Assembly (NCBI GenBank): GCA_959602045.1 | Contig: CAUGRT010000004.1 | Location: 1 to 64,000 of the forward strand | Length of the DNA stretch: 64,000 nt | Direction of reading: 5' to 3' | Source: an uncultured Clostridia bacterium | GTDB lineage: Bacteria; Bacillota; Clostridia; UBA1381 | Shown here: positions 36,221 through 45,750 of the stretch, piece by piece | Layout: each line of letters opens with the position of its first letter | How positions within the stretch are numbered: position 1 is the first letter of the stretch | Program-made: the position numbers and the translations under genes | The notes under the pieces: generated by a model | Seen by the model: only the letters and a program-made list of their open reading frames with translations | Told to the model about the DNA's origin: nothing | The model's database searches: none

Positions 36221-37486
36221 TCATTCCTCATTAAGCGGTTCTACCGTAACGTTTTTGACCGATACATTTTGAATCATATCCGCGGAGAAATTGTTTGACT
36301 TTGCTTGAATGGAAAGGTTCTCCAATGTGAAATCCGATAAGAGATACTGTGTTGTATCGGGTGCAACATTAAAATAGGTTTCACATGCACAGCGGCAATT
36401 TTGAATCGTAATATGCTCGGCATAGGAAAGCGGAATGTCTTTGCGATCCTTTAAATCATAGAACTGTGTCCAGGGACGAATCAGAATAAAATTGTTGATT
36501 GATCCTGTGATGTTGTCCAAGGTGATGTGTTCATAACGCTGCGGCGTATCGGGACGCATTTTGAGCCAAAGAAGCGTTGCAGCATGATTGATTTTGATAT
36601 TCCGCATAATAATATTTCTGTTATGTACCGATTCGGAACCACAGGTCAAGCAGCTATGACAAAAGCCGTATTCGCAATCTTCAACAATGACGCGTTCGTT
36701 GGAGCCGTTTTCGGGTGCGATATCTGCCCACGGGCCTTTTCCGCCTTTCAGTACAACGGAGTCATCATTGACTTCAAGATAGCAATTTTTCACCAGCACA
36801 TCGGTGCATACATCAATATCAATAGCATCGGTACTGGGTGCCGGGATCGGGGATGTGGGTGAAAAGATATGACAATTGAGGTATTTGATATGGTCGCTTT
36901 TATAAATGTGCGTTGTCCAGAAATGTGCATTTTGCAGATGCAGATCGGCAATCAGAATGTTGCTGGAATTTGAGATATAGACAAGCCGCGGACGCTGTTC
37001 GTCTTTGTTGGTGCAGTCCGGATTCCAGGAATATCTTGTCCAGAATGATTTCCAGGCTCTCAGACCATTTCCGTCAATCGTTCCTTTGCCGCACAGGGTG
37101 AAGCCGTCAACATGATCGGCATTAATCAGCGCCGGGAAATACAGACAGTTCTCGCCCTCGATTCGAGTTTCACAAACCGGATAATCCGCAATATTATCAC
37201 TGCCTTTTAATGTGCCGCCTTCTGCGACGTATAAATTGACGCCCTGCTTAAAAAACAATGCTCCCGTCAGATACGTACCGGCAGGAACGACAATCACTCC
37301 ACCACCCTCACTTGCAGCCGTATCAATCAAGGCTTGAATTTCATGCGTATGTACATTTCCGTCATCCAAGATGCCATGCTGCGTCAGCACATAAGGCTTT
37401 CCCAGCTCTGTCAGAGCTGGAATTTCGGTTTCATAGAACCACCCGTCAATTGGGGTTCCGTCCGGGAAAAATTCTTGTTTGTTCAT
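36221..37486 (-). CDS. Glycoside hydrolase family 28 (polygalacturonase / rhamnogalacturonase-like), cytoplasmic
   Basis: STDAIDID (NTDG-like), NDDSVVLKGG (DD motif), GFCHSCLTCGSESV (GHG-like) and RNIKI (RIK) resemble the four GH28 signature blocks; no signal peptide. Confidence 0.7.
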   Translation of the reverse strand: MNKQEFFPDGTPIDGWFYETEIPALTELGKPYVLTQHGILDDGNVHTHEIQALIDTAASEGGGVIVVPAGTYLTGALFFKQGVNLYVAEGGTLKGSDNIADYPVCETRIEGENCLYFPALINADHVDGFTLCGKGTIDGNGLRAWKSFWTRYSWNPDCTNKDEQRPRLVYISNSSNILIADLHLQNAHFWTTHIYKSDHIKYLNCHIFSPTSPIPAPSTDAIDIDVCTDVLVKNCYLEVNDDSVVLKGGKGPWADIAPENGSNERVIVEDCEYGFCHSCLTCGSESVHNRNIIMRNIKINHAATLLWLKMRPDTPQRYEHITLDNITGSINNFILIRPWTQFYDLKDRKDIPLSYAEHITIQNCRCACETYFNVAPDTTQYLLSDFTLENLSIQAKSNNFSADMIQNVSVKNVTVEPLNEE

Positions 37487-37691
37487 TTTGATAATCTTTA
37501 ACTCCTTTCGTGAAGCAATGGGAAAATTTGTCCCTTGCTTTCTCTCTCTTTCGTTTTAGTATATCATAAATGGTTGGAAAATTCAACTAAACTTTTATTT
37601 TTTCGAAGAAACAGCTTTAAGCCCAGGACGGATAAAGGGCGGATATTCAGCCGTTGTTCCCGATTCATCAAAGACTCTGCCTATCCGGGGG

Positions 37692-38558
37692 TTACGATAA
37701 AGATTTTTTTCTATATTCACTTGGTGAACACCCAACATTCGATCGGAATAATTTCGAAAAATATCGCTGATCCTGTATTCCGATACATAATGCAATTTGA
37801 CCGATTGAAAAACCGGTAGTTTTCAGCAGGGTACACGCCTTTTTTATACGGTAGTTTATAATCATATTTTGAGGTGTTATTCCGGTTTCGGACTTGAATA
37901 GTCTGGAAAAGTATTCAGTTGACAGATTGAGCATATTTGCAAGCTCATGTATCGTTATATTGCTGTCATAATGAAATCGTATATAATTTTCAGCCTCTCT
38001 GATATAGAGATTGCTCGATAAATAGGTGATTTCATGCGTGTCGGTACTGTGAATATCATAGACCGGCAAAGTAGATGGTTCTGCGGATTTGCTATAAAGT
38101 GAGGCAAAAAAATTATATAATTTCGATATTGTTTTTATTTTACCGTAGGCATTGTTGATTTTTGAAACTTCAATCAGCTCATCCATGATTTTTTCCGTTT
38201 CTTTCGGCTGCGGACAGGTGTAAATCGGATAATCTCGTGTAATGCCGATGTCTTTAATATAAAAATTTGCCTGTGTGCCGTATACGCCAACCCAGATATT
38301 GCTCCATAAACTGCCTTCGATTGCTGAATAATAGATTTTTTCATTAGGAAACATGCATAGAAGCTGCCCTGCGGAAAGGGGATAGTATTTATCATGAAGC
38401 GAAAGAATCGCGTTTCCCTCTTTGACATAGACCAATAGAAGATGATCACGCACCTGCGGCCCGTATCTGTGATTTTTTGTTTTGATTCTCTTACCGCAAT
38501 AATATAAGTTTAAATCCGTGGGAATCGTATAACAAAAACGATTTTCTATATAATCCAT
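37692..38558 (-). CDS. AraC-family transcriptional regulator
   Basis: C-terminal dual HTH ...HELANMLNLSTEYFSRLFK... ...IGQIALCIGIQDQRYFSKLFRSNVGCSPSEYRKK. Confidence 0.85.
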   Translation of the reverse strand: MDYIENRFCYTIPTDLNLYYCGKRIKTKNHRYGPQVRDHLLLVYVKEGNAILSLHDKYYPLSAGQLLCMFPNEKIYYSAIEGSLWSNIWVGVYGTQANFYIKDIGITRDYPIYTCPQPKETEKIMDELIEVSKINNAYGKIKTISKLYNFFASLYSKSAEPSTLPVYDIHSTDTHEITYLSSNLYIREAENYIRFHYDSNITIHELANMLNLSTEYFSRLFKSETGITPQNMIINYRIKKACTLLKTTGFSIGQIALCIGIQDQRYFSKLFRSNVGCSPSEYRKKSLS

Positions 38559-38726
38559 TACAGTATGCTCCTTCTGCTAAATGCACAATCACTTATTTTT
38601 CCTATATAAAAACAGAATATCATACAATGTCAGATTTGTCAACATTTTAGTCAAATAAATATATTGCTGAAACAAGAAAAATATGCTACAATAATCTAAA
38701 AAGATGTATAAATAAGTGAGGGAGTT

Positions 38727-40421
38727 ATGGAAAATAATTATTCAAGTTGTTGGAAAAAACGCGGTGATAGAACGGGACTGATCCGAAATGCGCTGCTGAA
38801 ATCAATGGGGTATACAGATGCGGATATAGAAAAGCCTATCGTCGGAATAATCAACACATGGGCGGAAACAAATCCGGGGCATATTCATTTTCGGCAGCTT
38901 TCCGAGGCGGTAAAGCGCGGTGTATGGGCGGCAGGCGGTTTTCCTTTGGAAGTCAATACGATGTCCATCTGTGAAGTATTCTTTGATATTTCAAGCTTGG
39001 TATACCGAAATCTTTTATCCATTACGACGGAAGAATTGATTGAGCGGCATCCGTTTGACGGTGTGGTACTTATCGGCGGCTGTGACAAGAATGTTCCGGC
39101 TCAGCTTATGGCGGCTGTTTCGGCAAATAAACCGACCATTTATCTTCCGGGCGGTGCAATGCTGCCGGGGAGTTATAAGGGAAAAACTCTTGCCTGCGGA
39201 ACAGACAGCTTTTATCTGTATAACGATTACACCTCAGGCAAGATTACGCTTGAGGAGATGACAAAGCATGAGGGATGCCTTTACGGAAGTGCAGGAGCCT
39301 GCCCGATTATGGGAACGGCAAACACCTGTCAGACAGTAACGGAAGCGTTGGGGATAGCATTGCCTAATTCAGCATCTTGTCTGGGAGTTTCGGCGGAAAA
39401 GCTGCGAATCAGCGAAGAAACGGGCAGAAGGGCGGTAGAGCTGATCAAAAATGATATAAAGTGTCTTGACATTATCAACAGGCAATCCATAGAAAATGCA
39501 ATTCGGGTTCTTATGGCAACAGGCGGCTCAACGAATCTGATTATTCATTTAATTGCCATAGCGCGGCGTGTAAATATTGATTTAAAGTTAGATGATTTTG
39601 AGCGAATAAGCAAGGAAACACCGGTGCTTGTCAATGTAAAACCGCATGGTACGGAGAATGTTGGCATGGGATTCCACAATGCCGGCGGAGTGGCTTCACT
39701 GATGAAAGAAATGGAACCTATGCTGAACGGCAGCTGTTTAACGGTAACAGGAAAAACGGTGGCAGAAAATTTGCAGGATATAGATCTGCCTTATGATTCC
39801 AACACAATAAGACCGTTGGATAACCCGATTGAGGAAAAAGGCGGAATTGCGGTGCTGTACGGAAATCTTGCGCCTAACGGTGCAGTTATAAAACGAAGTG
39901 CCGCCAGTCCTCATTTATTAAATCATCGGGGGAAAGCAAAGGTATTCGATGATTTAACCGAATGTCAGAAATATCTGCTTGACGAAAAATCCGATATAAC
40001 GCCGGATACTGTCATTGTTTTAAGAGGTTATGGGCCGAAAGGCGCTCCGGGGATGCCGGAAAACGGCAATTTTATGCCGTTGCCGCCGAAGCTGAATAAA
40101 ATGGGAGTGCATGATTTTGTGCGGATCACAGACGCGAGAATGTCGGGCGGCTGTTTTGGAACGCAGGTGCTTCATGTGGCTCCGGAAAGTGCGGTCGGCG
40201 GCCCGTTGGCGGCAGTTCGTGATGGAGATATGATTCATCTTGACGTTGATCATAACAAAATAGAGCTTGAGGTTTCAGAGGAAGAGATTGCGGAAAGATT
40301 GAAGAATTTTGAGCCGAAACAGCATCCGGATATTAAAAGAGGCTTTGTGCGCAATTTTATTGATACGGTCACACAGGCTGACGAGGGCTGCGATCTTACC
40401 TATATGCAATATAAGGAGTGA
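38727..40421 (+). CDS. IlvD/EDD-family sugar-acid dehydratase
   Basis: 564 aa; CDKNVP cysteine cluster region, SGGCFGTQ and VGG motifs typical of IlvD/EDD dehydratases. Confidence 0.85.
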   Translation: MENNYSSCWKKRGDRTGLIRNALLKSMGYTDADIEKPIVGIINTWAETNPGHIHFRQLSEAVKRGVWAAGGFPLEVNTMSICEVFFDISSLVYRNLLSITTEELIERHPFDGVVLIGGCDKNVPAQLMAAVSANKPTIYLPGGAMLPGSYKGKTLACGTDSFYLYNDYTSGKITLEEMTKHEGCLYGSAGACPIMGTANTCQTVTEALGIALPNSASCLGVSAEKLRISEETGRRAVELIKNDIKCLDIINRQSIENAIRVLMATGGSTNLIIHLIAIARRVNIDLKLDDFERISKETPVLVNVKPHGTENVGMGFHNAGGVASLMKEMEPMLNGSCLTVTGKTVAENLQDIDLPYDSNTIRPLDNPIEEKGGIAVLYGNLAPNGAVIKRSAASPHLLNHRGKAKVFDDLTECQKYLLDEKSDITPDTVIVLRGYGPKGAPGMPENGNFMPLPPKLNKMGVHDFVRITDARMSGGCFGTQVLHVAPESAVGGPLAAVRDGDMIHLDVDHNKIELEVSEEEIAERLKNFEPKQHPDIKRGFVRNFIDTVTQADEGCDLTYMQYKE

Positions 40422-40425
40422 TAAA

Positions 40426-40543
40426 TTTGAAGAAAATTGCCCATAGCGCAACTTTTTGATTGGAGTAGCAAAGCGGCACTTTGAGCGATTTTCTTTCAGA
40501 CTAAGTTTTGTGCATTGCAGCACGGAAAGGAAAGGTTATAAAC
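40426..40543 (+). repeat. Copy 1 of a roughly 115-nt conserved leader element (second copy at about 62204-62337)
   Basis: The tract ...attttctttcagac(t)taagttttgtgc.ttg.a...gaaagga..ggttataaa.ATG aligns with few mismatches between the two loci, with further similarity (tgaa.aaaattgc.ca) at the 5' end. It contains an anti-SD-like ttctttc upstream of the SD gaaagga. Confidence 0.6.
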
Positions 40544-41455
40544 ATGACGGAGACAGAAATAAAAGGGATATGTCCCATTATTGCCGCACCGTTTACGGAA
40601 AGCGGTGAGGTGGATTATGAGAGTCTTGACAGATTGGCAAAGCATTTAATAAAGGGCGGCTGTCATGCCGTAACGCTGTTCGGGATTGCCGGAGAGTATT
40701 ATAAGCTGACCGATCAAGAACGTGAAAAAATGGCGGAGGTTACGGTTAAAGCGGCAAAGGAAGCTGGAGGGAAAACAATCATTTCCGTTACGGATCATTC
40801 AACGGAGGCGGCGGTAAAGCGTGCAAAATATTTTGAAGAACTGGGAGCGGATTGCCTTATGCTTTTGCCGCCGTTTTTCTTAAAGCCGGGAGCAAAATAT
40901 TTGTATGAGCATATGAAAGCGATTGCCAATGCGGTGAAAATTCCGATCATGGCACAGTATGCTCCGGAGCAGACGGGCGTGGCGATTGCACCCGAAACTT
41001 TTTGCAATCTTGAAAAAGAATGTCCGAATATGATTTATTACAAGATTGAGTGTAAGCCGGCAGGACCCTATGTGACAAAGCTTATGCGGCTGACGAATGG
41101 GAAAATGAAAATATTTGTCGGAAATGCAGGATTTCAGCTGATTGAATGTATGGATAGAGGGGCAATCGGTGCCATGCCGGGTTGCTCAATGTATGATGTT
41201 TATCTTGATATTTACAACAACTATGTAAACGGAAACCGGGAAAAGGCGGTTGAATTGCATAATCAGCTTTTGCCGATGCTGAATCATATCCGCCAGAATG
41301 TAGAACAGATTATTTCATTTGAAAAGCGAATCCTGAAAAGACGGGGAGTGATTGCATCGGATTATTGCAGAAAGCCGTCTTATGATACGGACGAATATTT
41401 TGACAGGCTCTTTGATGAGTTTTATAAGGAAATGGCGAAACGTTATGGTTGGTGA
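40544..41455 (+). CDS. DapA/DHDPS-family lyase (2-keto-3-deoxy sugar-acid aldolase/dehydratase-like)
   Basis: ICPIIAAPFTESGEVDYESLDRLAKHLIKGGCHAVTLFGIAGEY is the DHDPS-family N-terminus. Start taken at MTETEIKG after AAAGGAAAGG. Confidence 0.8.
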   Translation: MTETEIKGICPIIAAPFTESGEVDYESLDRLAKHLIKGGCHAVTLFGIAGEYYKLTDQEREKMAEVTVKAAKEAGGKTIISVTDHSTEAAVKRAKYFEELGADCLMLLPPFFLKPGAKYLYEHMKAIANAVKIPIMAQYAPEQTGVAIAPETFCNLEKECPNMIYYKIECKPAGPYVTKLMRLTNGKMKIFVGNAGFQLIECMDRGAIGAMPGCSMYDVYLDIYNNYVNGNREKAVELHNQLLPMLNHIRQNVEQIISFEKRILKRRGVIASDYCRKPSYDTDEYFDRLFDEFYKEMAKRYGW

Positions 41456-42218
41456 GAATAAAAATAAAGTCGCTTTTGTAACCGGCGGCGGAACGGGAAT
41501 CGGACAGGGTATCGCGATAGAGCTTGCAAAGACGGGATATGATGTTGCTTTTTCATACTGCGGCAGTGTGGAAGGAGCAAAAAAGACGAAAAAACAAATC
41601 GAAAAATATGGCGTTCAAGCGTTTGCGGTCAAAGCCGATGTCTGTAAGGCGGATGACATTCACAAAATGTTTGCCGAGGTTATGACAAAGTTTTCAAGGC
41701 TTGATGTATTTGTAAATAACGCCGGGATAACCAAAAAGGCAGATTTTTTACATACCACTCCGGAGCTGTTTGACCGAATTTGCGGTGTGGATTATAAAGG
41801 GGCGTTCTTCTGTATTCAAAGCGCTGCAAAGATCATGATTGACAAGGGCATAAAGGGGAGTATTATTCTTATTTCCTCCAATAATGCGATTGCGCATTTT
41901 GCCGATGTTGCGGTTTATGCTTCGGCGAAAGCAGCGGCGGAGAAAATGTCCCGTCATGCGGCGGTGGAGCTTGCACAATACGGAATCCGTATCAATACGA
42001 TTGAGCCGGGATGGACGGATACGGGTTCTTCAAGGCTTGATAATAAAGAGGAAACCTATTATAAAATTCCGCTGAAAAAATGGGCAACGGTTGAGGAAAT
42101 AGGACAGACGGTGGTTTTTCTGGCATCGGGAGCGGCTGCGTCCATTACGGGGACATCCATATTAATAGATAACGGAGCCTGTCTTGTTTCGGATAAACGT
42201 GAAAGGTATGGTTTTTAA
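41445..42218 (+). CDS. SDR-family oxidoreductase (KduD / sugar 1-dehydrogenase-like)
   Basis: VAFVTGGGTGIGQGIA (TGxxxGxG), NNAG, and YASAKAAAE (YxxxK). The ATG overlaps the upstream stop. Confidence 0.85.
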   Translation: MVGENKNKVAFVTGGGTGIGQGIAIELAKTGYDVAFSYCGSVEGAKKTKKQIEKYGVQAFAVKADVCKADDIHKMFAEVMTKFSRLDVFVNNAGITKKADFLHTTPELFDRICGVDYKGAFFCIQSAAKIMIDKGIKGSIILISSNNAIAHFADVAVYASAKAAAEKMSRHAAVELAQYGIRINTIEPGWTDTGSSRLDNKEETYYKIPLKKWATVEEIGQTVVFLASGAAASITGTSILIDNGACLVSDKRERYGF

Positions 42219-42220
42219 CA

Positions 42221-42910
42221 ATGAAAATAACATGGCTTGGGCAGGCGGGACTGCTTTTTGAAACGGAAAATTTGACGGTTATGATAGACCCGTATTTTTC
42301 GGATTGCTGTGAAAAGCATAATGCGAGATTAAAGCGCAGAATTCCGATCGAAAGAAGATTTATTGAAATGACACCCGATATTTTGATACTGACCCATAAT
42401 CACTTGGATCATACCGATCCCGAAACTTTGCCGTATTTTATCAATGATAAGACTCATACAAGAGTGATTTTATCAGAAAATGCGCATGATTTTGTAAAAG
42501 CGATCGGCGGAGGAAGTAATGATTATGTGATTTTTAAAGACGGAACAGAATGGACAGAGAAAAAGGTGCGTTTTACGGGCATTCAGGCATATCACTCGGA
42601 AAGTACGGCATTTGGGGTCATCCTTGAAGCAGAGAACAGAAAGTATTATGTGACCGGCGATACTTTGTACAACAGGAAGATTTTCAAATCCCTGCCGGAT
42701 GATCTTTATGCAGTGTTTTTGCCGATAAACGGATGGGGGAATAACATGAATATGACGGACGCGGCGAGGTTTGCAAGGGAGTGCGGAGCAAAATATGCGG
42801 TACCGATGCACTTTGGCATGTTTGACGAGCTGAATCCGGAGAATTTTACGGCAAAAAACAAGGTAATTCCGACAATATATCGAGAAATTATATTAAATCA
42901 AGAGGATTAG
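42221..42910 (+). CDS. MBL-fold metallo-hydrolase (possible sugar lactonase)
   Basis: THNHLDH motif (HxHxDH); UlaG-like size. Confidence 0.7.
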   Translation: MKITWLGQAGLLFETENLTVMIDPYFSDCCEKHNARLKRRIPIERRFIEMTPDILILTHNHLDHTDPETLPYFINDKTHTRVILSENAHDFVKAIGGGSNDYVIFKDGTEWTEKKVRFTGIQAYHSESTAFGVILEAENRKYYVTGDTLYNRKIFKSLPDDLYAVFLPINGWGNNMNMTDAARFARECGAKYAVPMHFGMFDELNPENFTAKNKVIPTIYREIILNQED

Positions 42911-42913
42911 ACG

Positions 42914-43555
42914 ATGGAAAACAATATTTTGAAAGTAGTTGAAAAAGAAAAAATAATCGTTATTGTAAGGGGTGTAGAAAGCAAAAAAATTCTTCCGCTT
43001 GCAGAGGCAATGTATGATGGGGGAATCCGTTTGCTTGAAATTACATATAGCGCCGGAAATACCGAAACTGCGGAGAATATCAAAAGGCTGAAAGAGCATT
43101 TTGGAGAATCAATGTACATTGGTGCCGGAACCGTGCTTACCGAGGAGCAAGCGGAGCTGACGAAAGATGCCGGGGGCGAGTTCATTATTTCCCCGAATAC
43201 TGTACCGGAGGTCATCAGAAAGACAAAGGCGCTGGGTATGGTATCTATGCCGGGTGCATATACGCCGAGTGAAATTCAGCTTGCACATAACAGCGGAGCG
43301 GATTTTGTAAAAATTTTTCCGGCTGTGAGTTTGGGAGCGGAATACATCAAGGCGGTTAAAGCTCCGTTATCCAACATCAAGCTTTTGGCGGTCGGGGGAA
43401 TTAACGAGCATAATATGAAAGAATATCTCGATGCAGGTGTATGCGGTTTTGGAATAGGCAGCAATATTGTCGATCAAAAACGGATAGAAAAGAATGATTT
43501 TAAAGCAATAACAGAACTGGCAAAGAGATATGTTTCGGCGGTACACGGAGATTAA
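42914..43555 (+). CDS. 2-dehydro-3-deoxy-phosphogluconate / -phosphogalactonate aldolase (Eda/DgoA family)
   Basis: KDPG-aldolase fold motifs: LEITYSAGN..., GAGTVLT, FVKIFPA (Schiff-base Lys region). Confidence 0.85.
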   Translation: MENNILKVVEKEKIIVIVRGVESKKILPLAEAMYDGGIRLLEITYSAGNTETAENIKRLKEHFGESMYIGAGTVLTEEQAELTKDAGGEFIISPNTVPEVIRKTKALGMVSMPGAYTPSEIQLAHNSGADFVKIFPAVSLGAEYIKAVKAPLSNIKLLAVGGINEHNMKEYLDAGVCGFGIGSNIVDQKRIEKNDFKAITELAKRYVSAVHGD

Positions 43556-43556
43556 T

Positions 43557-44495
43557 ATGAAGAGCTATATTACCATAGATGGCGGAACAACCAATACGCG
43601 AGTGAATTTGGTTAGGGACAGGAAAATAATCAAAGCAATTCAAATATCCGCAGGGGCAAAAAAGGGAATTGAGGATAGAGGCTATCTGAAAAAAGAACTT
43701 AAAAAAGCGATTGATTCCGTTGTACAAAATTATCATGACCCGATAGAGAAAATCCTTGCGTCGGGGATGATTACTTCGGGGCTGGGGTTATATAATCTGC
43801 CGCATCTTCCGGTACCTGTCGGAATTGAGGAGTTGCATAACGGAATGTGTGAGGTGGTTTTATCCGAGATAACGGAAATCCCGTTTGTATTTATTCCGGG
43901 AGTGAAAATACCCGGCGGTTCATTGGCAGGGACAGATATGATGCGAGGAGAGGAAACCGAGCTGATCGGAATGGCAGAAAAGCTGCACAGTGAATGTTTG
44001 TATGTGCTGCCGGGTTCTCATTCAAAGCTTATCAGAACTGATCGGCAGGGAAGAATTTCGGATTTTGTGACGACGCTTACGGGCGAAATGATTGCGGCTC
44101 TGTCTAAGGGGACGATTCTTAAAGATGCGGTGGATTTGTCGCAGGCAGAATTTGAGGATGAATATCTGACGCAAGGATACTGTTATTGCCGCAAGATGGG
44201 AATTAATGAAGCATTGTTCAAAATACGGATTTTGAATAATGTATTACACGCTACCCCGGGACAGGTATATAGCTTTTTTATGGGAAGTATTTTGCAGGCA
44301 GAAATCAAGGAGATTATCCGATCAAAAGAGAAAATCGTAATATTGGGTGGAAAAAGGCAGATCAAAATCGGCATGGTGAAGCTTTTAAATCACTTTTGTG
44401 ATAAAAAAGTTATCAGTGTACCGGATGCAACGGTCGTTGCCGCACCGGCGGTCGGTGCGATAAAAATATATGAATATAATAGGAGAGAAGTGTGA
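43557..44495 (+). CDS. 2-dehydro-3-deoxygalactonokinase-like sugar-acid kinase (DgoK family)
   Basis: N-terminus MKSYITIDGGTTNTRVNLV matches the DgoK/ASKHA ATPase start. Confidence 0.7.
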   Translation: MKSYITIDGGTTNTRVNLVRDRKIIKAIQISAGAKKGIEDRGYLKKELKKAIDSVVQNYHDPIEKILASGMITSGLGLYNLPHLPVPVGIEELHNGMCEVVLSEITEIPFVFIPGVKIPGGSLAGTDMMRGEETELIGMAEKLHSECLYVLPGSHSKLIRTDRQGRISDFVTTLTGEMIAALSKGTILKDAVDLSQAEFEDEYLTQGYCYCRKMGINEALFKIRILNNVLHATPGQVYSFFMGSILQAEIKEIIRSKEKIVILGGKRQIKIGMVKLLNHFCDKKVISVPDATVVAAPAVGAIKIYEYNRREV

Positions 44496-44555
44496 AATTT
44501 CTACATTCGAATCATTAATTTTATGCTGCTAAGGGCGGCGAAACGGAGGTTTATA

Positions 44556-45551
44556 ATGAATTTTTATGATGTATGTTTAGAGGATTATTCCAGATTGGAC
44601 GGAGAAAATGACGACAGTGGCAGAATACAAAGAGCAATTGATGATTGCAAGCATGGCGTTCTGTATATTCCGAAAGGAAATTACAAAATCTCGAAAATGC
44701 TGAAAATCGCGAATTTTTGTTCATTGCAAATGCATAAATCGGCGGTGCTTACCGCTGCTGAAAAAATGGAGTATGTATTGTATTATGATGGCGGTGATGG
44801 GTTTATAAATCTGATTTCGTGCGGTGAAGATGGGGAGGAAAACGAAGATTACAACATCTTTATAAAAGGCGGCGTAATAAACGGTAATGGTTTGGCAAGC
44901 TGTCTTTGCTTGAATAACTATCATCATTTTACGATGAAGGATATTACCCTGCTGAACGGAAAAAGATACGGTCTGAAGGTGGGAGAACGCGGTCACGGTT
45001 ATGAGCTGATCGCAACGAATCTTTATTGCAAATGCACAATGTCCGGACTGGCAGGAAATATCGGGATAGCGACTGCGGAAAGTGACAGCCACTATACAGA
45101 CTGTATTGTGATTGACTATACAACAGGATTTGCGGTAGAAAACGGCGGTTCAAACAGACTTACCCGATGTCATGTATGGGGCGGAATTATTCCTCCGGTA
45201 AAGGAGGGCGAGGATTGTGAAATGCTCAAGGATTCGGTCGCTTTTTCGATCGGAGGATGTGACACCTTGCTTCGGGATTGCTATGCGGATACGGCAAAAA
45301 TCGGATTTAAGATTATGGGAGATGCAACGATGTCCGGCTGTGCATTTTATAATAATTACCGGTTCCGGCTCAATGATATTACGGCTGTTGAGCATGTTTC
45401 CGGCAGCCTTAGCGTGATGCAGTGCAGATTCGCAAGAACGTGCCCTGATTTTACGGTGTATAAAGGAGAAAACAAGGATTTAGTGTGGATCGGCAATATT
45501 AATCCGGATGTATATGTCATGTATTCAACAGGAGAAAAATTCGATATTTAA
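44556..45551 (+). CDS. Right-handed beta-helix (pectate-lyase-superfamily) protein, cytoplasmic
   Basis: Repeated beta-helix-like segments (IKGGVINGNG, LTRCHVWGG); a GRIQRAID motif; no signal peptide. Start taken at MNFYDV. Confidence 0.55.
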   Translation: MNFYDVCLEDYSRLDGENDDSGRIQRAIDDCKHGVLYIPKGNYKISKMLKIANFCSLQMHKSAVLTAAEKMEYVLYYDGGDGFINLISCGEDGEENEDYNIFIKGGVINGNGLASCLCLNNYHHFTMKDITLLNGKRYGLKVGERGHGYELIATNLYCKCTMSGLAGNIGIATAESDSHYTDCIVIDYTTGFAVENGGSNRLTRCHVWGGIIPPVKEGEDCEMLKDSVAFSIGGCDTLLRDCYADTAKIGFKIMGDATMSGCAFYNNYRFRLNDITAVEHVSGSLSVMQCRFARTCPDFTVYKGENKDLVWIGNINPDVYVMYSTGEKFDI

Positions 45552-45564
45552 GCCGATTTTTATA

Positions 45565-45602
45565 ACAGCGGATGACGGATTAACATCTGCTGTTATTTTT
45601 TG
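45565..45602 (+). terminator. Rho-independent terminator (acagcggatg...catctgctgt + tattttttg)
   Basis: 10-bp stem including one G-U pair, followed by a T-run. Confidence 0.6.
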
Positions 45603-45654
45603 TGTTCCGTATTGAAAAACATAAAATAGCGACATAAAACATCATTTTATATTC

Positions 45655-45683
45655 TTGTCAAAACAAATCAAAGAGAATATAAT
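45655..45683 (+). promoter_or_regulatory. Sigma-A-type promoter (TTGTCA, 17 nt, TATAAT) for the esterase gene
   Basis: Consensus hexamers about 70 nt upstream of the ATG. Confidence 0.5.
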
Positions 45684-45750
45684 TGTATTATGGATAATGA
45701 CTTAGGTTGTGTCCGAAAAATAATAGTTTTTAAAAGGAAGGGGTTCATTT

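Noticed and set aside
37595-37795. 66-aa minus-strand ORF overlapping the 3' end of the AraC gene
   Set aside because: It is out of frame with the complete AraC ORF, which already ends with the canonical SPSEYRKK tail; it is likely spurious.
40470-40495. Sigma-54 promoter (GG-N10-GC) inside the repeated leader
   Set aside because: The spacing and the -12 element do not fit in either copy.
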